NCBI RefSeq assembly: GCF_001194135.2
Contig: NC_068999.1
Coordinates: 18,749,423 to 18,788,991, forward strand
Source of the DNA: Octopus bimaculoides
Lineage: Eukaryota
Length of the DNA: 39,569 bases
Direction of reading: 5' to 3'
Made by a program: the position numbers and the translations under genes. The notes beneath the pieces were generated by a model, which made no database searches, was not told the origin of the DNA, and was given only the letters and a program-made list of their open reading frames with translations. This document shows, piece by piece, positions 22,961 through 33,086 of this stretch (the stretch's first letter is position 1; every line of letters begins with the position of its first letter).

Positions 22961-23167
22961 TAGGGTGTTCAAAAAGGCTCTCCGTAGTAAGTATTTAATA
23001 GGTTTCGGTCGATTCTTGTACACTGTTCCCTTACGTGTTAAATCAAGAGATCTTGGTGGCCGAAGACCCTTCGAAATAATCCGTTCGCGTAAAAACTCTT
23101 GAAGTAGCGCCAGAGTGATGCGCAGTATGAAAAAAATTCACTGCGGAGAGACGTTTTGAACACTTTT
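22961..23167. mobile_element. ~207 bp MITE with imperfect ~24-28 bp TIRs, Tc1/mariner-like ends
   Basis: GTGTTCAAAAAGGCTCTCCGTAGT pairs with ACTGCGGAGAGACGTTTTGAACAC. Left end TA-TAGGGTGTTCAAAA; TA follows the right end. Confidence 0.6.
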
Positions 23168-23539
23168 TACACATATTCAACATATGACCCAATATGCATA
23201 AATTTTCAAACAAATATTTTTAATACATCAAACATGTTTTAAAATATATAGATGTATAAATATAATGAAAATATATAGATTTATCAATACATTAAAAATA
23301 TATAAGTACATAAATGTATAAATGCATTACAAATATATTGCAAATATAAATACATATATAGATCGACTTACAGAATAAAATCAATGGCATACAGAAAAAA
23401 GTAAATAATGATAGATTTGAATAGTAATCATCCGACGGCGGTTTCTAGGGGTCCAGTAACCCAGTCAAATAAAGGATACTTCTATACATTTTTGGACGCA
23501 GCATTCTTCAGGGAAAAGTAAAGTTGTAGAAAGATTCAC

Positions 23540-23597
<58 letters not shown>

Positions 23598-26500
23598 GCC
23601 AGTGTTACTATGTTTATATGTGAATGTATATATTTCATAAGTTTAAAATATGTTACTAAAAACCTTTTGAGAAAATCACACATTTTCTCCTTTACCATTA
23701 TTTAGAAATACATAAGCAATTTTATTTTATTTTACTATTTTCAGAGAGTCCATAGAAGGAAGTTCTGTCAGTTACAGTAATCATTTATTAAATTTTCATT
23801 CTGTTCTTTAACAAATTGTAAATGACGTTCTAAATTATTGAGAATGATGCTAAGCAGAGCCTGCTTTCAACGGATATGTTTGATATTATATCCATTTACA
23901 TTTCTGTTGTTCATTAATCATTTCTAAAACTTGCACATTGTCTTCTAAACAATGTAAAAGCGTACGCTGTTCCGCAAAATTTTAAATATTTCACCCGGTA
24001 CTTAGTCGAATATCGGACGATAGAATTCAAGTAATATCTTAATCATCTGTCAGGACTGCAATGAAAGAATAAATCGTGACTCAAAGAGTGGATAAAATAG
24101 GAAATGAGTCAGATCAGGATAGCATGCTGTAAATACATGAGAAACATACGAGGGTTTTAAACTAGCCCATGCCAAAGACTCGGCTCTCTTCCCACGGTAT
24201 AGGTATCTTATTTCAGCCGCCAGCATTTAATATCACTTCAGAAAGCTAATATGAGACCCAGAAGGTGTACGCCAAATATTACGATAATTGCTGCTACCTA
24301 AACAAAACCCACGCATCGCATCATCATGAAGTCAGAGGTTTAGCCTCTATCGTTTCTCTTTGTCTTCTTGGCACAATTTTATAGTTTCACATTATGCGTG
24401 ACTCTCTGGTTTCGTAACACAACCTATCACGAACTCCAGATGCACATGTAATGATGCATGTACATGCTACTCTGCACTACCCGCAAGATATGGGCATTTC
24501 TGCGCCAAATATCTGCTGTTTTCTCATGCCATTCCTGCATACGTCTATCATTTTCAAAGAAAATTTTCAGCATCATGCTGAACATTATCAGAGGGATTTT
24601 TTTAATATGGGATGAGTTCTTCCAGTTTCAGCATGTAGAAAAAAATCTAGATATGACTTATGCCTAGCTAAATGTAACCATAAACTATCAAATTTTAGAA
24701 ACAAACCTTTGTTTCAACCCATGCCTTAGTGAACTTATATTTATTAATGGGATGCTCACTGTGATCGAACAAAGAACCAAATATTACAAGCTCCAAAAAT
24801 GTGAACACATTTACATCACACAAAACCGTTTGCGCTAATCGGTAGCTGTAATATCGAAGTACTCTTTTATTTAATATCATCCGAAATTGGAAAATGCTTA
24901 TACGTTGGACGATCGGCCTTGTTTATGCTGCACCAGAGAATATAAACATAGCATAGTCATGACAGAAAAAATGTTGATCCTCGTCAAATATCAATAGTTT
25001 TACATTTTAAAACATATTTATTAAATCTAAAACCTGGAATATATGATAATCGAAATGTATATTGTAGTGTTACTGATTCATAGAAATACATAATCTCCAA
25101 AATATATACATAATGTGGTATTTCAAATGTTTCTATTATGTGCACTAACGAATATGATTTTCACGAACGCCTGAATATTGCGACGCCATTGTTGCCAATG
25201 TCTTCATATGTTTGACATTATTGTTTAATAAAATCATTTGATACCAAACTTAAGCATTTCTATTTAATCTTGTTTCATAATTAGTTGGAATGAATGAAAT
25301 ATGCATTTCGCTATAGGAAACGTATTGGATCGACACCACCGACAATGATTCCTTATATAGAACTATTGCAAGAGAAAGAGATATATGTGACAATAAACCT
25401 AAAAATACAATGACTTTGCTTCTTGTAAACATTAAAAATAAAACATTAATATGCATCTACCAGATGAAGATAGTTATATGTGTATGCGCCCTGGCATGTA
25501 TGTGTGCGCGTGCATTTGTGTGTTTGTATATGCGTGTGTGTAGAGGCATGCCTGTGTGAGTGTTTATGTGAATGCAAGTATGTATGCAGGTATGCATGAT
25601 TTTTGTATGCAGGTGTGTATGTATGATAAGGTCGGCAATATAATTATTACTGCATATAGCTGCTGAGTCGATTTTGCGAGGATTTATGCCCTTAGGCAAT
25701 ATTGACGACACTTCGGCCAAAAAAGCCGGAATGATTTATAACCGTTTGAGCGGGTAGTATAGACGCTTGTCTATACTTTGACTTTGAGCTCGTTATAAGT
25801 AAGACACCTGACGTTGTCAAATTCTTATAAAGCGGCTGTGGGGAGTAGAGAAAGTGTTACTTCCCAAGGAGTAGACCTTAGACATTACAGAATAGCGTAA
25901 TATATATTTCTCTATGCATATATCATTTCGTATTGCAAAAATGGAGACGGTCACGTTGACAGAAAGGCATTTCGTTTCAAAGAGGCAGCTTTCGAATGTT
26001 TTACATTGTGAGTTTGGAAAGCACCCGCTCCGTATTAACATTTAAGAAAGGTTTTCCTCTCTGCTAAAAAGACTACATGCTTTACTTTCGTATACATTTA
26101 CAAGTGAACATTGAATATTTCAAACACACAAAGAGCTATTAAAATGAGCAACAGTTTTCAAGAACGAATATTTCAAGAAGTATATCAAAAATTGCTCTCG
26201 ACGCTCAAACCACAAAGATTTTTCCTATTATCAAATGATACTTAAGTGCACAATGGGAAAAATCAAGCTGTTACGAATTACATTTGCATGAAACACTTAC
26301 ACAAAGAAAATAAATAAAGACGTCACTAAAATTTGCTGAACCTGTGGTCAAAGAGAAAAGGCATCCGAAAAAGACATCATCTTTTACAAACTTAGAATGT
26401 CATATGCAGAGCAAAAAAAAAAAAATAAGACACCAAAGTATACTTGTTAGATAAAAACTCAAATATGCCAACAAATATATGTATGCAAAAGAAAACAAAT

Positions 26501-27009
26501 TTAAAGTACGCAAGTGTCAAGAATATATACTTAGAACATAAGGCTAAAGTGTAACAAGTATTAGCGGCAAATACGAAACTGTCAACTAATTTACAGTGCA
26601 AAACAGTGAATAATGAAAGGTATATTTTGTAAGACTTACCAAAATATATGACTACAAACTCACACATATATGCACCGTACTCTATGTAGATATACGTAGG
26701 TTTCTGTACGCATGTATGTTTGTCGGTTTGAATGCGTACGTGTGTACAAAAGTATGTGCGAATCACTTCCTGCATACTACTATGCGTGCGCGTGTTTACG
26801 GATTTAGTCTGTTTGTGTATAAGCGTGTAAATAATATTCAGTTCTTTTCGAACATCAAAGAAATCTATGATTGAAATAGAATTCAGTACAGACGAAATAT
26901 GTGCAAAGATATTTACATTAATAGATATGTTAAAAGGTACAAGTGATTTTCTCATACGGGAAAATATACTGAAGTAGATAAACATGTGAAATATATAATA
27001 ATATATATC

Positions 27010-27015
27010 CCTATG

Positions 27016-27075
<60 letters not shown>

Positions 27076-27150
27076 GAGAGAGAGAGAGAGAGAGACACAC
27101 CCACACATACACACACACACACACACACATATAAATATACACACATATAA
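27010..27150. repeat. Compound (TA)n(GA)n(CA)n microsatellite
   Basis: Direct reading. Confidence 0.95.
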
Positions 27151-28789
27151 ACTGCATATTATTTACTTGCTCTACGGGAAAAGAAAGTCATAGGAAAGTC
27201 ATAGAATAAATAAAATACTGGGGTACATTATCAGTTACAACAATTGTGAACGCTACTCATATATTGTTGGTTATCTTACGTGTTCAAAGGTAGTTTACCT
27301 TTTTTTTCTAGCTAATGTTAGACATGACATGAATTTTGTCGTTTTCCATTGCAAGGAATACAATCCGAATATCTATTTCTATTTTGAAAATATTATGTGG
27401 GAATTATATTCTGTTTCTATTTTTGATATCCTTATCAGTCTACCATTTACATTCTTTTCTTCTGCTTGTATTATTCCTCCTCTTTATTTTGTAAATTTTA
27501 TGTTCATTAAAAACGAGCTTCTAACGAAATGCACTCATCTTATTAGGCGTTCTTTTAGAAATCAGATTAGATTTTTTCTTTTTCTTTTTTTTTTGGTATG
27601 TCATATCTCCACTAAGTGCTTCTCAACATTTTGAAGTTTTATCTCGTGTTTTCTATGAACATCCATCGTATCATATCGGATAAAATTTTCTTTTGTAATG
27701 TGTCGTGTTTCATTTATAATACCTCCTGGAATCAGTGACACAGGTACTTAAAAAGCAGACAATCAGCGTATCAAGGAAAGTCAATTGCCTATCGTTCATT
27801 ACATTCAATTTTGCAAATAGGTAACCAGCTAATTTCACAAATATCATTCCGTTTCATACACATTATTAAACATGCACATGTAATTACCTACAAATGCAAA
27901 AAAATATTTTGGGTATTTTCTTCACTCATTCATTCAACATAGACTACATGGCTGATTAAAATTTTCATCTCGCTATCGTATACACACTGTTAAAAGGCAA
28001 GATAAGGTACAATTATTTGGAACACAGACTCGTTGTGTGGAAAATACACCATATATAAAAGTGAGCCGAACTTCACTGTTGCAGTAACTCGAAAGAAAGA
28101 CAAATGTGTTTCTGTGATTTTGTATGGCCAACTGTCATTCCAATGACCTTATATGAAAGGCATCGACTTAGAGTCATTTTGTCAATGGGGGATGTTTGTA
28201 CAATAAGCATAGGTTATAATCCAGTATATGTTTCAATTATGCTAATTAGATTACACGTAAGCTGCCATGACTGTAAGTATACTGACATAATATATCTATT
28301 AAAACATGTTTCATTGTGTATTTACGAGCAATCCGTTTAAAATATATTAGTATTGTAGAACATAAAAGTTCCGCAAGTCATTTCATTTTGTTTGCCAGGA
28401 CGATACTCGTTTTCAGTAGACCTTTTCCATTAGCAGGGCGAAGAAATATTTAAATCTTCATCTCTGAATATGTCTTTTTGCTGTCATTTTTTTTATAGTT
28501 TGACATAGAAATTGATTTGATTTTACCCCGAACATATAGACCGTAATATGTATTTGAAGAACAAGACATCTGCTACAAATCAGGAAAGATGTTTTCCCTT
28601 TAAAATGCGATCAATATTTCTCACAGATATATATTAAAAGATTTGTAGTTCTACACCACAAAGTTTGATGCAGTCTTCTGTATAACCCTGCATTACCAAA
28701 CACGCAATCATATATGCACACACATTTACACTCTCATATATAAACTTATATGCATAAGATATATGTGTATATGCATACAAATATGTATG

Positions 28790-28814
28790 TATATGTGTAT
28801 ACACACACACACAC

Positions 28815-28869
<55 letters not shown>

Positions 28870-28879
28870 NNNNNNNNNN

Positions 28880-28922
<43 letters not shown>

Positions 28923-28935
28923 TACATATATACAT
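28790..28935. repeat. (CA)n, gap, (TA)n microsatellite
   Basis: Direct reading; N-gap 28870-28879. Confidence 0.95.
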
Positions 28936-29792
28936 ATATACATACCTACATATATACATGGACATACATATAATCGATTGTTACATTAACAAACAGATTA
29001 CATTAGCATTTCTGCAATCTATAAATCATTTATATTTTGGTTTGTGTCCAAAGTCTTCAGACAGTCTTTTGATTCTTCTGTAATTATCAAGGAATCACTA
29101 TTTTCATTGGTAATAATATTATGTCGAAGATATTTGTTACGTAACGGAAATATTGAATGCACAGTGTGAGACAATTCAGTGGTAATCGGATCAGTTATTG
29201 TATTGCCTCTCTATAGTATTCAAAATATTTGTTCTTTTCTGTTACTTTATATCATTCTTCAATTAGGTAGTAAGTTAATTGTGACAAATATTTCTACTTC
29301 TGTTATATGCTGTAGGCTAGAAGATCTACGAAATGTCACACATCTTCTTCTCTCACATTGTTCCAATAAATCGTGTGCAAATTAAAAATATATACGGTCT
29401 TCGATTGATCATTTGCAATGCTTCCTTGGTTTCATACATGGGAATCGTAAAGTGTATTTTGACTGTTGTTTTGTTAAATAGAAATTTGAATAGCTTAAAC
29501 ATTACAGTCTTCCTTTTAACTTGCCCTCAATATAATACACAATGCATTTATGTATTGAAATCGTAGAAATTATTTATTACATGTTACATGATTAGAAACG
29601 GATTCACATGTTTCTCATATTTTCTCTCGCGTCTGCATGTTTGTATCGATGTAACAATGTTGGCATGCATGTATGTATATATGCACGTATGTATATATGC
29701 ATGTCTGTATGTCTATGTGTGCGTATATGTATGCATATATATGTGTATTTATTTTATTTGTCTGCCTATCTATATCTATATTTGTGTGTGAG

Positions 29793-29847
<55 letters not shown>

Positions 29848-30155
29848 NNNNNNNNNNNNNNNNNNNNNNNNNNNNNNNNNNNNNNNNNNNNNNNNNNNNN
29901 NNNNNNNNNNNNNNNNNNNNNNNNNNNNNNNNNNNNNNNNNNNNNNNNNNNNNNNNNNNNNNNNNNNNNNNNNNNNNNNNNNNNNNTATAAAGTAGTTGC
30001 ATACTGCGAACTTAGCGTGATGGTCCCAATAAGGGAATATACTATTGCTGTTTAGCCCTAGGAAGCCAGACCGCTTCCTATTAGGCATTGACACACTTTC
30101 TGTGTCCTTATCCATACAAAGGGGCGACAAACGTCTCCAACCAGCCCAGCCTGCA

Positions 30156-30198
30156 TTCAGGGACATGTTTCTGAGACTTTGCTCGTCATCAGCCTGAA
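30156..30198 (-). ncRNA. Minimal type I hammerhead ribozyme, copy 1
   Basis: TTCAGG-CTGATGA-cGAG caaagt CTCa-GAAA-CATG-TC/CCTGAA; predicted GUC cleavage between 30162 and 30161. Confidence 0.85.
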
Positions 30199-30507
30199 GT
30201 AGCTCGGTGGGCTATCTGAAGAAATCTGTCTAAGCTTTGTATGGATATACTATTTCAGTGAAATACTATTCACTGGTAACGAAAATTAGAAATAACGAAT
30301 TTCTAAATCTCTCAGTGAGACTTAAGCAGTAGTGACGCAATAAAGTAGTTGCATACTGCCATCTTAACGTGACAGTCCAAATAAGGGAATATACTATTGC
30401 TGTTTAGCCCTAGGAAGCCAGACCGCTTCCTATTAGGCCTTGACACACTTTCGGTGCCCTTATCCATACAAAGGGGCGACAAACTCATCCAACCAGCCCA
30501 GCCTGCA

Positions 30508-30550
30508 TTCAGGGACATGTTTCTGAGACTTTGCTCGTCATCAGCCTGAA
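30508..30550 (-). ncRNA. Minimal type I hammerhead ribozyme, copy 2
   Basis: Identical to copy 1; predicted GUC cleavage between 30514 and 30513. Confidence 0.85.
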
Positions 30551-30820
30551 GTAGCACGGCGGGCTAGCTGAAGAAATCTGTCGAAGCTTTGTATGGATCT
30601 GATGACATATCTTATGATATTTACTTTGTTTTATATTATACTCATTTATTGTGCTTTTAATTGTTAATTTTTCTATATGTGATAGTGGATTTTCATCGAT
30701 GAGTTCTTGAAACTTGGTTATTTTCCTTAAAACTATATATTTTATCTATATAATTTTGATTTTTTATAAATTGATTTTAATTGAGTTTTTACCTGTAATT
30801 TTGGATTTTGTCCCGAATAT

Positions 30821-30874
<54 letters not shown>

Positions 30875-31429
30875 GGGAAGAGATAGAGTGAGAGAGAGGA
30901 GAGATACCTGTATGCATGTCTATATATATTATCTATGCGTGTGTGGATATGTGGAATGTATGCGTATGTGTTAGAGATGTTTGTGTGGATGTGTATATGT
31001 TATACGTGATACGACATGGATTGTTAAATATTTATTTATGCGCACATAAATACCCACACAAAATTTACACTTATGACAGGCTCATATGCTTATAGCACAT
31101 GAATCTAAAGGAACTCGCAGACATGCATATCCTACTCAGACATACCACACCTTTGTTCTGTACACACAAACGATACCCCTTCATAGAAACTAGACCCAAT
31201 AATGTTATAACCTTCACAGAGAAACACTCTTACATCCGTGTTTCTCGGGCTCTTTTATTGATGCAAATACATAGCTTGTAATCAAAGAAAAGCACTTATG
31301 AGAAACACGCGCCCACACACACACACACACATGTATATATGTAGAATGTTGAAAAGAAACACACGAGTTGATACGTATGAGGATAACAAGACAAGGTAGA
31401 AAATGCTAAAATAATTTCACGACGAAGAA

Positions 31430-31481
31430 CATTTTACTACCGGTTTCAGTCGTTACGACTTTTTCAACTTAGAGTACAATG
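31430..31481 (-). ncRNA. Decayed hammerhead-like motif
   Basis: TTGAAAA-AGTCG taa CGACT-GAAA-CCGG-TA-GTAAAATG; stems II and III are intact but the CUGANGA core is mutated. Confidence 0.4.
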
Positions 31482-31527
31482 TTGTTTTTTTCAAAATACA
31501 TATTTCCATAGCTTTCAAATGCAAGGA

Positions 31528-31536
31528 TTATATATA

Positions 31537-31572
<36 letters not shown>

Positions 31573-31592
31573 TGTATGTATGTATGTATATA
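31528..31592. repeat. (TA)n(TATG)n microsatellite
   Basis: Direct reading. Confidence 0.95.
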
Positions 31593-32409
31593 TAATAAAA
31601 TATGAGTCCGCTGAAGGTTGTCTAAACATTACTTAAAGTTTCGAAATGTACAACATAGACACGAGCGGATGAGTTGTTTCTGGGAGAAAACTAATTACAT
31701 GATATAATAATATATTTGCATTGGTTGAGGGTATTTCATCGAACATTGCGTAGTTCAGAGCACGTAGTAATGTGCACTTAGCATAGAAAACACGTAATTC
31801 ATATATATTGCACAAGCGTGGAAGATGACACTAGATTTTCATTTATGTGTGTGATTTGTCAATCCAGTGACCTTTGTTACAGCGTATTAATGTGATATCG
31901 GATTGCATGGAATCTATGATGCGTTTCTTCAATATAGGTCGGTATTAATATGTCACAGTGGTATAAGTTAGGATTATACAAAATAAAACAATCGGAAAAG
32001 GGGCTTATCCACCTCGTAATTTTGTATGCGGTAGACAGACTTTGAATGGTCTTTACGCTGTATAGAGAGGGATTGCTCAGGACCTAAAACATCGAGCAGA
32101 GAATATAAGTAGCGATCTTGATAGCCACCACGAAGACATGATCAAGCTCAGTAACAATCTATTAAGTAAAATCTACCCCACAAAACATACTATCCACTCC
32201 AGTTATGAAGAAAAGAGAGGATGAAAAGAGAGGTTGTTAGTGGCATTTGGAGTGTAGTTACTGTCATGATAATTGTCGTGGGTTTTTATGCTATTCCGGT
32301 TATTTCTATAGTCTAAATCTTCCATGTTGGCCCGCTGAACATTACAGAAAATTTATTTTTTCATTCTCTCTCTATATTTTCTCTTATTCCTTTCTACTTA
32401 TTCCGTAAA

Positions 32410-32620
32410 GACACAAAGCTATGTTGGGGAACAAACACCGACAACCAAATATATACATATATGCAACGGGCGTCTTTCAGAGACCGTCTATTAAATCTAC
32501 TCGCAAGGCTGTGGTCGGTCCAAGGCTATTGTAGAAGACACTTGATCAAGGTTCCATGCAGTTGGACTTAACCCGGAGCCATGTATATGGTAAACAAGTT
32601 ACTTACCACACAGCCACTCC
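32410..32620 (-). mobile_element. SINE family B, degenerate
   Basis: CAACGGGCGTCTTTCAG...GTAGAAGACACTTGATCAAGG...CTTACCACACAGCCACTCC; A box TGGCTGTGTGG on the minus strand. Confidence 0.8.
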
Positions 32621-32660
32621 TTCCCTTATGTTGTTCATAAACCTACTTTCCTCTTTTGTT

Positions 32661-32706
<46 letters not shown>

Positions 32707-32910
32707 NNNNNNNNNNNNNNNNNNNNNNNNNNNNNNNNNNNNNNNNNNNNNNNNNNNNNNNNNNNNNNNNNNNNNNNNNNNNNNNNNNNNNNNNNNNNNN
32801 NNNNNNNNNNNNNNNNNNNNNNNNNNNNNNNNNNNNNNNNNNNNNNNNNNNNNNNNNNNNNNNNNNNNNNNNNNNNNNNNNNNNNNNNNNNNNNNNNNNN
32901 NNNNNNNNNN

Positions 32911-33086
32911 ATATATATACAACGGGCTTCTTTCAGTTTCCATCTACCAAATCTACTTACAATAATTTGGTCGGCCCTACGCTATAGGTAAAGATAGTTA
33001 CTGAAGGTGCCACGAAGTAGGAGGACTAAACCCAGAACCATGTGGTTGGGAAGTAAGCTTCTTACCACACAGCCACGCATGCTCCT
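32911..33086 (-). mobile_element. SINE family B
   Basis: CAACGGGCTTCTTTCAGTTTCC...AAGGTGCCACG...GGACTAAACCCAGAACCATGTGGTTGGGAAG...CTTACCACACAGCCACG. Confidence 0.85.

Larger units (their letters stand above)
29988..30598 (-). repeat. 352-bp-period tandem repeat carrying hammerhead ribozymes (retrozyme-like); second unit runs into an N-gap
   Basis: 29988-30246 and 30340-30598 are direct repeats (16 substitutions in ~258 bp by manual count, no indels), offset by exactly 352 bp. Confidence 0.95.

Noticed and set aside
24400-24640. Minus-strand open frame IPLIMFSMMLKIFFENDRRMQEWHEKTADIWRRNAHILR
   Set aside because: No convincing in-phase acceptor and no recognised family; left uncalled.
30312-30557. 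ORF in the ribozyme repeat (MSLNAGWAGW...), whose AUG overlaps the cleavage site and would be intact only in uncut or re-ligated RNA
   Set aside because: Short, no recognisable family, and inter-copy changes are largely non-synonymous (MS/RR, G/D, R/M, L/W, C/H, V/A, M/F), which argues against coding selection.
29988-30598. CRISPR-like or prokaryotic interpretation of the direct repeats
   Set aside because: The unit is 352 bp with no short repeat-spacer pattern, and the context is eukaryotic.
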